64,000 bases of DNA from Octopus vulgaris. Taxonomy: Eukaryota. The stretch covers positions 16,368,001 through 16,432,000 of the forward strand of contig OX597823.1 of the NCBI GenBank assembly GCA_951406725.2. Direction: 5' to 3'. The translations under genes were made by a program, and so were the position numbers. Under the pieces are notes generated by a model that searched no databases, had not been told where the DNA came from, and was given only the letters and a program-made list of their open reading frames with translations. Shown here piece after piece: positions 1-12,145 of this stretch; the first letter of the stretch is position 1, and every line of letters starts with the position of its first letter.

Positions 1-115
1 ATTTCATCATAGCCAGACATGTTTTTCCTGGAAGACTGGAAGTGAACAACACCCCTTGTATGAGGGTGACACTCATTTACAATCATCATATGATGCCAAG
101 ACAAGAGTATACACA

Positions 116-117
<2 letters not shown>

Positions 118-160
<43 letters not shown>

Positions 161-195
161 ATGTATCTATGCATTACATAGAGATATACATAGTT

Positions 196-245
<50 letters not shown>

Positions 246-713
246 CAGACAGATACATACATAAATACATACATACATACATACATACATACATACATAC
301 ATACATACAACACACACATACATACATACATACATACATACATACATACATAAACACACACATACATACATACATACATACATACATACATACATACATA
401 CATACATACATAAACACACATACATACATACATATACATACATACATACATACATACATACATACATACATACATACACACATACATAAACACACACATA
501 CATACATACATACATACATACATACATACATAAACACACACATACATACATACATACATACATACATACATACATACATACATACACACACACATACATA
601 CATACATACATACATACATACATACATACATACATACATACATACATACATACACACATACATACATACATACATACATACATACATACATACATACATA
701 CATACATACATAC
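118..713. repeat. Compound microsatellite (CA)n-(GATA)n-(CATA)n
   Basis: Directly visible tandem arrays. Confidence 0.97.
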
Positions 714-2847
714 ATCAATAGACATATATCTATGAATATCATAATTAAAAATACATGATTTATCACCAATTTGCCTTCTTTACATTGCATGAATTCTACC
801 TTATCCATGCTATGCTATAAAGTTAAGTAAGTTTGTATCTATAAGGCTAAACAACCACAAGGTTTGTGAGTTCAGTCCCACCATACAGGACCATGGGCAT
901 TTTACTATAGCCCTGGGCCAATGAACACTGTGTGTGTGTGTGTGTGCACATGCACATCTTTGTTTCTCACAGCTTCATAATTAGATCGGGATTATTCACG
1001 TTCTTGTAATTTAGTGATTCAGCAGAGGGAACCCACAGAAAAAGGACTGCAGTCAATTTGCTTGGCTAAACCCATTAAGTTGATTCCACAGTATGGCTGC
1101 AGTTCAATGACTGAAACAAATAAAAGAAAATAGTAGGCCCTTATTTTGAAATTTTATTGACATTCTCTCAGATAACCATCCATCCACTGGTGGTGGTGAT
1201 GATGATGATGGTGATAATGATGATGATTGTATGTAGAACTACATTAATCCAATGTTTCCTTCCTGCTTTAAGATGGTAGGGAGATTTGGCCATTATTATT
1301 TCTAGCAGCTGAACAATCTCATAAAAAAAAAACTGTCTTATTATTGGATCATTCCTCTTTAAGATGCTGTTGTTATTGTTTAGAGTGTTTAGCACCAAGT
1401 CAGTGCTGATCAAGCATATCTGTGATGGAAGAAATTCCAGCCATGACCAGCCCAACTTAATTTCAAGTATAGTGTATCTTGGACAACACTAACCGATGCT
1501 TCCTTTAACAAGATGATAGGGTGCAGTCGGAGGAGAGTTAAGCTGATATTTCTAGCAGGTTGAACAACCACATAGAAGTTCCCTATTCAATTAACAACCA
1601 CAGAGCCAGATGTAGGCCACTCTGCTGCAATCAGGTTTATTCAGTTGTTTTAGGAATTGTCCATAGAACGGTCTTAATTAATTCCCATGGTGTGTTTGTT
1701 ATCCTGGTTGTTTTAGTGTTTTGCTCCTTTCTTAGGTTATTTTATTTTTATTGTTATATCTGTACATTTGCATGTGTGTATTTAATCCTATGTTTGCGGT
1801 TCCTGAAGAATGGGTATTTATATTACTTAGTTTTGCTAAATATTTCCATGCTTCTTTCTGTATTGAATTCAGCATTTTTGTTTGTCATGTTTTTCCAACT
1901 GCTTGTACCAGGGTGTTTTGTTTTTACTGGAGGCAATACTCCAGTGCATATGTAGAAACTTTATAGATACACTCCAATTACACAAGGCCTTTCCATACAT
2001 TTTGTCAGGGGATATATCTAGGGGCGTGTATCCGGTTTAGTTAAGTGAATTTTTTTTTTTTATAATTTTCTTGTTTGCTTGCTTTTATGCTAAATTTCTG
2101 GATATCTTGCAACATCCAATTTATTTCTTAGAATTTGTAGTTTACAGACAGAACTGCTAGTTGTTGCAGCTTACTACGAGGACAGATAGAAGTTATAACT
2201 TAATGGCCAAGACTGCTAGTAGTTGCAGTTTATTGCTAAAACTGCTAAAAGTTGAAGCTTATTGCTAAGTTGTTGCAGCTTATCCTCAAAACTACAAAAG
2301 GTTGCAAACAACAGGAAATTATATTTTACCATCAAGATTTTTAATGTTTATAGGTCCTATCTTATATTTCAAGTTAAGTTTATTCTTTAGAAACATTCAT
2401 GTTTGTGGGAAATATCACTTTCTTATCAGTATAGCTTGGAAAGAGAGATGGTTACTGTCAACACTATATACGGACAAAGCAAAAAGCAAAATATTAAGAC
2501 CAATATATTAAGAGACACTTTACAAAATATGAACCAGTAACATACTAGTGTTGGTACAATTTATTATAACAACACAATTACTTGACTTGCTAGAAAAAGC
2601 ATCCAAATCTTAAAATCACAACTTAAAAAAGGAGAGGAGATGTTAGACAATAAAGTCCCAAGACATGATAAGAATTAATCTTAGACTAGTAACATTTTAC
2701 TTCTCCAATACCTCTACAGAATGTTGGGACCCAGTAATAATGGTGAGACTTCCACAACAGTACTGAAATGGATACATTTATCTTCATAGCAAAAAGGACA
2801 TTTTCAATGACAGGAAAGGGAACTTTTAAAAAGGAAAAACAGCTTAC

Positions 2848-2890
2848 CGATTATGAAGTGCTGAGCAATTGGTATTGATCATATGATTAT
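2848..2890 (-). CDS. fng: Fringe coding exon 3 (43 nt, (N)NHMINTNCSALHN(R))
   Basis: Minus strand reads tttgttctag|ATAATCATATGATCAATACCAATTGCTCAGCACTTCATAATCG|gtaagc. Phase 1 in completes AAT (Asn) with exon 2. Peptide matches Fringe (I/V).TNCS..H.R. Phase 2 out; reading through the donor hits TAA immediately. Confidence 0.92.
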
Positions 2891-2944
2891 CTAGAACAAA
2901 AATAAAGTAAATATAAAAGTCTAACTTCAAGTTATGTTTATGAG

Positions 2945-2956
2945 TGTGTATGTATA

Positions 2957-2992
<36 letters not shown>

Positions 2993-3128
2993 TGTATGTA
3001 TGTATGTATGTATGTATGTATGAATGAATATGTGTGTGTATATATATATATGTGTGTATATATATGTCTGTGTGTATATATATATGTGTGTATGTATATA
3101 TATATGTATGTGTATATATATACATATA

Positions 3129-3172
<44 letters not shown>

Positions 3173-3187
3173 TACATATATATACAT

Positions 3188-3218
<31 letters not shown>

Positions 3219-3345
3219 CATATACACACACACACACATACATACATATACACACACACACACATACATATACACACACACATACATACATATACACACA
3301 CACACATACATATACACACACACACATACATATACACACACACAC

Positions 3346-3431
<86 letters not shown>
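2945..3431. repeat. Compound microsatellite (TATG)n/(TA)n/(CA)n/(GA)n
   Basis: Directly visible; begins about 55 nt from the exon 3 acceptor. Confidence 0.96.
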
Positions 3432-3432
<1 letters not shown>

Positions 3433-4121
3433 ATGATGGTTTGTTCATTATAGACAAAAGAGTTTAACAATTTGAACCAAAAGACCAACAGAATGTGCAC
3501 ATTTTGATCATAGACCAGGAAAATTGGCTTTATCATTTATTTCTCCTTAATGGAAATGAAATAAGTGCTAATGGGTGGGGAAGTCAGTTCAATTGACAAC
3601 ACTCACTCCACAATTTGTTGCTTTCAGAAATGGTAGGGTGATAATCAAAGTCCCTTACAGCATTGAGTTATATATTTTTGTTTTGAGTTCAAATCTTGCC
3701 CAGGGTGATTATACCACTCATTCTATATTTTCAGGGATGGAGTTTGATCAGTCAATTACCCTTTTTTCCCCAATGAATCAACTGAGTAGTGCTGAAAGGG
3801 TTGGTAGGGTTGTGATGTACAGGGGAGTTTTCTTGTCCCTATTGATGTAGCCAGTTCAGCAAGAGAAGAAATAGTCATGGGAAAGGTTAGTTGAATAAAT
3901 CACCACCCCCAGCATTTGACTAAAGCTTATTTAATCAGCCTGAAGAGGGTGAAAGGCAAAGCTTGATCACTGCAGGATTTGAAATCAGAACAAAGTCACA
4001 ACTCCATACTGCAAAGCACTTTCCCCAACACTAATGTTTCTGCTAATCCACTGTGCTAGAAATAATAATAATGATGATGATGTTTATAATAATAATAAAG
4101 TAGATATAAAACTTCAAGCTA

Positions 4122-4135
4122 TGTGTATGAGTGTG

Positions 4136-4216
<81 letters not shown>

Positions 4217-4233
4217 ATGTATATATATATATG

Positions 4234-4297
<64 letters not shown>

Positions 4298-4321
4298 TGT
4301 ATATATATATATATGTATGTG

Positions 4322-4354
<33 letters not shown>
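4122..4354. repeat. (TA)n/(TG)n microsatellite
   Basis: Directly visible. Confidence 0.95.
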
Positions 4355-4461
4355 ATTAAGCAAAAAAAATTTTGAATTAGGTAAGAATTTCAAGGAATTT
4401 AATATTGAATGAGGAAAATAATACTTTGGGGAAAACATAACATTTTTTTTTTAATAATAAA

Positions 4462-4469
4462 AGGAAGGA

Positions 4470-4545
<76 letters not shown>

Positions 4546-4577
4546 AGGAAGGAAGGAAGGAAGGAAGGAAGGAAGGA

Positions 4578-4661
<84 letters not shown>

Positions 4662-4662
4662 A
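4462..4662. repeat. (GAAA)n/(GGAA)n microsatellite
   Basis: Directly visible. Confidence 0.97.
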
Positions 4663-5149
4663 GCAATTCTGTGTCAGACCTATAAACTAAACTTGATTCT
4701 GTTGTAACATTAGAAAACCATTATTTCAGCAAATCTGTATTTTAGTCTGGGAGTGGTAAGGATAAGTGGAATTAAATCTTGTAAAAATAAGAAATAAAAT
4801 TTTAAGAAGAAAGCTAAATAAATAAACTAAACAGAAATATGTATAAAATCAACAAGTGTGATTTAAAAAAATTTTTTTAACAAGTTAGATTACTTGGAGT
4901 CATTTGATTTCATTGGGAATTGTTAAATGTTAGGGACTTCTGTTGTCAATTCATTGAAATACCACAATAATTGTATTTGATATTATACATTGTGTAACAT
5001 GTGCTGCAAATACTCACTGCACATACAAACCACTTCACCACCTTCTCACTGCAATGTTTTACCTCTCCTTCACCCTAACACAAAAATGATCCTATATTTT
5101 GTTTCTATACATGTCTACATGCATGTGTACATGGGCTTGAAGATTATAT

Positions 5150-5460
5150 ATGTGTGGTTCAGTGGTTAGAGCATTAGATTCACAATCATGAGGTAATGAG
5201 TTTGATTCCTGGACTGGGCTGTGGTCGTGCTCTTGGGCAAGACACATTATTTCATGTTGCTCCACTTCACTCAGCAGTAGAAATGAGTTGTGACATCACT
5301 GGTCCCAAGCTGTATCGGCAGTTGCCTTTCCTTTAAATAACATCAATGGGGATGCTGGTCTTCCATAAACAATTTTGCCCAGACTTGTACCTTGGAGGGG
5401 AACTTTCTAAGTTCAATCCCATGGTCATTCATGACCAAAAGAGTTCTTTACCCTCATAAA
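5150..5460 (+). mobile_element. Degenerate tRNA-derived SINE
   Basis: A-box-like GGTTCAGTGGTTAG, B-box-like GAGTTTGATTCC, then CTTGGGCAAGACAC and CACTCAGC..AAATGAGT. A related copy lies at about 8485-8690. Confidence 0.6.
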
Positions 5461-5461
5461 T

Positions 5462-5508
<47 letters not shown>

Positions 5509-5512
<4 letters not shown>

Positions 5513-6368
5513 AGAAAGTGCCAATCCCTAGCAGTTGAGGGAACCCGTGGAAGAGGTAGACCCAGGAAAACCTGGGACGAGGTGGTGAAGCACGACCTTC
5601 GGACGTTAGGTCTCACCATGGAAATGACTAGAGACCGAGACCTATGGAAGTATGCTGTGCGTGAGAAGACCCGGCAAGACTAGTGAAGCCATAATCCGTG
5701 GCCCCTACCTGGGACGTAGTCAGTCCACCTGTGCATACCTTCCTTCTTGTGACACTTGTGAAGACCTGTTGAGGCAAGTGAGAATCGAATCGTATCGAAT
5801 CAAATCGAACCAAATCAAAATAGATGAACATCAATGGAATTTGTATCCTTGTGGTACCAGTGCCGGTGGCACATAAGAAAACCATCCGAACGTGACCGTA
5901 GCCAGTACCGCAATGACTGGCCTCCGTGCTGAGGGCACGTAACAAACACCATCCGAGCGTGGCCGTCCGCCAGCCTCGTCTGGCACCTGTGTCGGTGACA
6001 CATAAGAAAACACCATCCGAGCGTGGCCGTCCGCCAGCCTCGTCTGGCACCTGTGTCGGTGACACATAAGAAAACACCATCCGAGCGTGGCCGTCTGCCA
6101 GCCTCGTCTGGCACCTGTGTCGGTGGCACATAAAAAACACCATCCGAGCGTGGCCGTCTGCCAGCCTCGTCTGGCACCTGTGTCGGTGGCACATAAAATC
6201 ACCCACTACACTCTCGGAGTGGTTGGCGTTAGGAAGGGCATCCAGCTGTAGAAACACTGCCACATCTGACTGGCCTGGTGCACCCTCGGGCTTCCCAGAC
6301 CCCAGTTGAACCGTCCAACCCATGCTAGCATGGAAAGCGGACGTTAAACGATGATGATGATGATGATG
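5509..6368 (+). mobile_element. 5'-truncated RTE-clade LINE (ORF C-terminus, 3' UTR, (GAT)n tail)
   Basis: Translates RKCQSLAVEGTRGRGRPRKTWDEVVKHDLRTLGLTMEMTRDRDLWKYAVREKTRQD*, the RGRGRP..W...DR..W terminus typical of RTE ORFs. The 3' UTR has a 64-bp tandem array and ends GGACGTTAAAC(GAT)n. Confidence 0.85.
5860..6197 (+). repeat. 63-64-bp minisatellite in the RTE 3' UTR
   Basis: CACCATCCGAGCGTGGCCGT recurs at 5947, 6011, 6075 and 6138, with a diverged unit near 5880. Confidence 0.92.
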
Positions 6369-7082
6369 ATATATATTTATCTATCTATCAATCTCTCTCT
6401 CTCTCTATATATATATATATCTATATATATATATATATGATGATGATGATGATATATATTTATATATATATATAACTCATATATAATATTCTGTATATGT
6501 GTGCATGTATACATACATCATCATCATCTTTTAATGTCTGCTTTTCATGCTGGCATGGGTTGGATGGTTTGGTTAAGGACTGACAAGCTGGGAGGCTGCA
6601 CCAGGCTCCAATCTGTTCTGGCAAGGTTTCTACAGCTGGATGTCCTTCGTAACACCAACCACTCCGAGAATGTAGTAGGTGCTTTTTACGTGCCATACAT
6701 ACATATATGTCCAATCCACATCAGCATGGAAAACGGATATTAGATGACAATGATGATATATATATATATATATATATATAATGTATATAAATGTTTATTT
6801 TAAATCTGTTAATGGTTTAGCTGGCCAAAACTTTGAAGTCTCAATATAATTCTAGTTATGGAATAATGTGTGTGTGTGTGTATTTTTTGTTTCACTGATC
6901 TCCTTCCTCTTGGTTTGCTCTGATTTTAAACTTCTTACATAACAGGAAATTTAACAAAAAATTCTTCTGGTTTACTGAAGAATTTGAGAGATGGGGGAGC
7001 AGAGAAATCAAAATAGACAAATCAAAACAGCACAAAAAAAGCAGCTAAGATAATAAACAAAAAATCGTTAAAAAATACTCAC

Positions 7083-7131
7083 TAGTCTTTTTGTTAAGTT
7101 TTTCATCATTAGTATCTGTGAAGAAATAGGT
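7083..7131 (-). CDS. fng: Fringe coding exon 2 (49 nt, TYFFTDTNDEKLNKKT+A)
   Basis: Minus strand reads ttttttttttcttttatag|ACCTATTTCTTCACAGATACTAATGATGAAAAACTTAACAAAAAGACTA|gtgagt: strong polypyrimidine acceptor, canonical donor, phase 0 in and phase 1 out. Peptide matches the Fringe T(W/F/Y)(F/I)FTD..D motif that follows exon 1. Confidence 0.93.
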
Positions 7132-7260
7132 CTATAAAAGAAAAAAAAAAATGATTTGATTAAGAATAAACAAACAACAATACATGGGAGGAAGTGTTAC
7201 GATTTCAATGGGAACTGGAGCAAAATCAGAAGTATTAAGGAAAACATGCACACACTTTAT

Positions 7261-7298
<38 letters not shown>

Positions 7299-8763
7299 AT
7301 ACATACATACATACAGATACACAGATATTCAGACTCCTACATATATCCATACACACATACATTTAAAAACATATGCATATGTAGGTACGTGTGTGAGTGT
7401 GTGTATGAAACATGCTACTTGACAAATGAAAACCAATACCAGAACCCGGAAGTAATGCCGTTTTTATTAACACTAAGGCACCATTGTTCAAATTAATCTT
7501 TCTTTCTCTTGCAATCATAATCATACTCACTGTATTTGATTATGCAAACCCCATTTGTTGTTATTTTCTAATTTCCCATGCTCCACAAAGGCTATTGGGT
7601 TGGCCAGGTCAGCACAACCATACAGCATTCATTCCCTTCGGTGCTTTATCAAATCCAACATCCAAGAGATATCACCTCATTAGTTCCCCCATTCCTTTCC
7701 CTAATTTCTTCCATATGTTGTACTTATTGGTTATTTAGCTACCCCCAAGTCAGCCCTGGGACAGGAAATCTATGCTGGCTCAGCAAACCTTGGTAGACAG
7801 ATAGAAACAGCATGGAAGCCTGTCATATGTCTGTGCATGTGTGTGTGTGTGTGTGTGTCTTTGTGTTTGTCCCCTACACTTCTTGATAACTGGTGTTGGT
7901 TTGATTACACCCCCATAACTTAGAAATACAGTAATAGTAATTGGATCGATTTGTTTGACTGAATTCTTTAAGGTGGTGCCCCAGCATGGCCGCAGTCCAA
8001 TGACTGAAACAAGTAAAAGACAAGAAGCACTTGACTGACTTAATAACCCTTAATAACCTTAAAGCAATATAAGACATTCAGACTCTTACAGTTAGTTATA
8101 CCCTTTATGATGAGAGTTCAAATTCCAACTGTATGAACTTTCTTATCTTTCATCCTGCTAGGGTTAATAATATTGAGTATCAGTCAAAATTTAACTGAAG
8201 ACAACTATTCTAAATTTGTGGTCTCAACCAAATGTAAGAATTCTCAACAGTGGTTAGGAAGCAAAACTGATAAAGTTTTGACAAAATGCCTGTCAGTAAT
8301 TAGTTATGGACTTTTATGCTGTGTATTCAAATTTTTACAAAATCAAGTATTCCTTTATTCTTTTATTCTTTCATTTCAGTCATTTGACTGCAGCCATGCT
8401 GGAGCATTGCCTTTAGTCGAACAAATCGACCCCAGGATTTATTCTTTGTAAGCCTACATTTTCTGTAATCTTAGATATAATATAGGCGTAGTGGTTACGG
8501 TATTGGACTCATAATCGTAAGATTATGGTTCCAATGCCTGGACCAGGAAACTTCATTTTACATTGCTTCAGTCCACTCAGCTGACAAAATTGAGTAACCC
8601 TGCAACAGACTAGTGTCCCATCCAGGTGGAGAGAAACTGGGAAACCAATCCTATGAGTCTATACAACTTGGGAAAGAGCTTTATCTTTTACCTAAAAATG
8701 ATAAATTTGAAATAAAAGATGGGACGGTTATGGTAAAACACCTGTGATCATGTCTGTCTAGTG

Positions 8764-9248
8764 CAAAGATCACCAAATTTTTTCAACCATTTAGTTTTCT
8801 TTCCACATTGACACCCCTACTTTAGCCATTTTTCCTTCCACATAGACCCCCCCCCTTAGCCATTTCTCCTTCCACATCGACCACCCTCCTCATTTAAAAT
8901 ATCTTAATACCCTACCCTACCGTACCATATCTTAAATGCATACCAGGTGCTGATGCTGGCAATTTAAAGGTTAGCTAAAAATTACATGTACAACAAATTA
9001 AGAAATTCTATTGGAGATGACACATTTTTTACATTTAAAACTACATGTACGAGTATACAGCATTAAACTTTCAATTTTTATGAAATTGCTTACATGGTTA
9101 GAAAATGTGAGAAACACATCATGTTTTCCCACATTCCATGGCACTGACTAAGTATTTCAAGCAGTTCATCTGAGTGAGCTGGTCTTTCGCGTGCTGACCC
9201 CCATTCGACCCCTGTGGGATCCCTCGGACCCCCCTTTGGTGACCCTTG
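8764..9248. mobile_element. hAT (Charlie-type) non-autonomous element
   Basis: TIRs CAAAGATCACCAAA / TTTGGTGACCCTTG, perfect 8-bp TSD GTCTAGTG (8756-8763, 9249-9256). Confidence 0.8.
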
Positions 9249-10084
9249 GTCTAGTGAATCAAAGTTGACCTGGAGCTAAACAACAGCTCTCACTTCCATC
9301 AGCACTAACCTTAACTGATGTCTTTTACTGAATTGCTAAGTTATGGGGATGTAATGAAACCAACACCAGTTATCAAGAAGTGTAGGGGCCAAGCACAAAG
9401 ACACACACACACACACACATACATACACACATGCACAGACATATGACAGGCTTCCACACTGTTTCTAGCTCAAGCTGCTAGAAATAGCAGTTATCTATAA
9501 TTCACATCCAAGAAGGATGTACCCTGAGATACACTCTATACTTAAAAAAAAAACAGGAAAAAATGGTACAATCATAGCTGGAATGCCTTTGATGATAGGG
9601 TCTTTCTGGATGAGGTCTGATTTGGCACTAAACAACAACCATACCAGCAATTCACATCCCTTCCACAAACCTAGGTTTATTTACTATCATTATTTGTACA
9701 TCAAATTAGAGAGCATTTGTTTTAGTCTTGATGCCAGTTGCCAGGAAGGAGAACTTTGGACAATTTAAAATGGCATAATTATCATTGTGTATGCTTATAT
9801 GTGTGTGTGAGGGTGAAAGAGAGAGAGAGAGTACCTGTCTGCATGCATGTGGTTGGTGGTAGGGTAGACAATTGAGGCTCAGCAAACACACGTGCAGGCT
9901 TGTGTATATTAACATACATAGACATACATTTAAGGGAGTGATTATGTACACACTTCTAAAATGACAATGTATATAACACACAGACACACATTTAATTAGA
10001 TAATTGTATATACAACACAGAGACACACTCTTCAGTGAGTAAAAACACACTTCTGAAGAGAGAATTCATATACGTATATTAATT

Positions 10085-10267
10085 ACATGCATACATATGT
10101 ATGTGTGAGAGTGAATTTTTGTGTGCGTGTGTGTGTGTGTGTGTGTGGGTGGGTGCACGTGCGCGTTTGTATGTACACATGTGTGTGTGTGTGTATATAT
10201 ATGTAAGTGTGCGTTTGTGTATTATGTGTGTGTGTGTGCATGTGCATTTATATATACACATACATAC

Positions 10268-10323
<56 letters not shown>

Positions 10324-10408
10324 GGGGATGTATGTATATATGTGTGTGTATGTGAATGTGTGTGTGTGTGTGCATGTGCATTTATATATACACATACATA
10401 CATATGTG

Positions 10409-10441
<33 letters not shown>

Positions 10442-10463
10442 GGGGATGTATGTATATATGTGT

Positions 10464-10498
<35 letters not shown>

Positions 10499-10647
10499 TG
10501 TGCGTGTGTGTACTCTCAGATAGAAATGTCAGGAATAAGGTAGAGAGGGAAGGGGAATGCACTACCCCCATGCCTGCCACACTTCCATCACCACCATCAT
10601 TACTTAAATATGTAGCAAACAACATACACATACACACATTAAAATAC

Positions 10648-10680
<33 letters not shown>

Positions 10681-10725
10681 CATATATGTATGTATGTATA
10701 CACACACACATACATTATACATACA
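10085..10725. repeat. Compound microsatellite with an internal tandem duplication
   Basis: The block GTGCATGTGCATTTATATATACACATAC...TATGGGGATGTATG occurs twice (from about 10235 and about 10369). Confidence 0.9.
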
Positions 10726-11774
10726 CTAAGAACTGTATAACAGCATAGCAAGAAGAGAAGGGAAAAGGAATGGCATATGGAAAAGGTGGGGGAGGAGTGA
10801 GGTACTGTGGGTGGGGGGGAATCAACCAGGAAATTGATGGAGATGAGTACAAATAGGAGGGGGGACAGGAAAGTTGACATATTCACCATTATGTATATAT
10901 ATTTTGTGTAATTATGTGGGTGTATAAATACATGATACACACATACACTAAAAAAGCACTAAGCACTTTAGTAACGGACACACACACACTAAAAAAGCAC
11001 TAAGCACTTTAGTAAGGGAGCAAGGGTGAGTATAGGGGACTACTGGCAGTGGCAGTGGTGCTGATAGTTATAGGTGTTTTTATGGGAGTAGGGATTGTTG
11101 TTTATTCCCCAAGGTCAAAAGGCATTCCAGTTATGACCATTTCATCTTATTTTTTCAGACAGGGCAATCTAAGAACAAAATAACTAATGTATTTATTTTT
11201 CTTTCTTTCAAAGATGATTAGGTGTTATTTGAGGAAGATTTGGCTGTTATTTCTGGTAGTAAATGTTATTGATTCCTAGATGATGGGCATGTTAGGATTC
11301 TTGATTCTTGATGTGAATTTGCAGACGTACTTATCTTTGGTTGTGGTGGTGGTGGTGGTGGTGCACCTGATGATGAGTCATGTCTCATGAGGCCCACTTT
11401 TCATAAAACGCTGCCCATGCCTGGACTATACCATCCAATAAGTCAGTTTCTCATTAAAATGGTAGAGTGTAATCTGAAGGAGATTTGGCTTATTATCTCT
11501 AACGAGAGGTGAATTAGTAGTAGGCAGTCATTAGTGCAAGATTTTTCAACCCTTTTTACATCACACCCATATTTGATTTTAAACAAAAAATAAAAATGCA
11601 CCCTCCTCTATGAACAAAGTGAGCATATAGCTTTAAACCAAATCTTCTAATAAGCGTAAGTCACCCAGCTTTGCCTCAAAGATCTATAACATTCTGGATC
11701 TTTATTGCATAAGAGACATGGTTATGGCATAAGCCATGCTTCATCTGAAACTTATGACAATTCTTTTGTTTGTA

Positions 11775-12145
11775 TCCCTGCGTGGCACCTTCGGCAAGTG
11801 TCTTCTAATATAGCCTCGGGCTGACCAAAGCCTTGTGAGTGCATTTGGTAGACGGAAACTGAAAGAAGCCCGTCACACACATATGTGTGTATATATATAT
11901 ATATATGTGTGTGTGTGTATGTGCGTGTAAGTTTGTGCACTTGTATTTGTCCCCTCAACATCACTTGACAACCAATGCTGGTGTGTTTACGTCCCTGTAA
12001 CTTAGCGGTTCGGCAAAAAGAGACTGATAGAATAAGTACTAGGCCACCAAAGAATAAGTCCTGGGGTCGATTTGCTCGACTAAAGGTGGTGCTCCAGCAT
12101 GGCCACAGTCAAATGACTGAAACAAGTAAAAGAGTAAGAAAGAGT
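11775..12145 (+). mobile_element. tRNA-derived SINE, family A
   Basis: Shares GGCAAGTGTCTTCTA..TAGCC...GGAAACTGAAAGAAGCCCGTC...CCAGCATGGCC.CAGTCAAATGACTGAAACAAGTAAAAG with many other copies in the window. Confidence 0.85.

Larger units (their letters stand above)
2891..7082 (-). other. fng: Fringe intron 2 (4,192 nt, GT-AG, phase 1)
   Basis: GTGAGT donor, ttctag acceptor, frame preserved. Confidence 0.88.

Noticed and set aside
73-808. Long MYVC-repeat ORFs, and similar YI/HT/CV/ERKK ORFs throughout the track
   Set aside because: Stop-free translations of microsatellites with no coding signal.
2085-2125. Minus-strand GCCKI as candidate Fringe exon 4
   Set aside because: No ALxCKM match, an in-frame stop follows, and no matching splice sites; exon 4 is probably outside the window.
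1640-2320. Non-SINE segment with possible decayed coding or transposon origin and short CTGCTAG/TTGCAGCTTA repeats
   Set aside because: No recognisable motif, TIR or TSD; cannot be classified by eye.
2844-3536. 230-aa ORF as a whole
   Set aside because: Only the last 43 nt are a Fringe exon; the rest is intronic repeat.
5937-6197. Regularly spaced repeats resembling a CRISPR array
   Set aside because: Units repeat in full with no unique spacers, there are no cas genes, and the context is a eukaryotic LINE UTR.
9106-9133. Head-to-head TGTGAGAA/TTCCCACA as a Su(H) paired site
   Set aside because: The spacer is 12 nt rather than the canonical 15-17, and it lies inside a hAT element.
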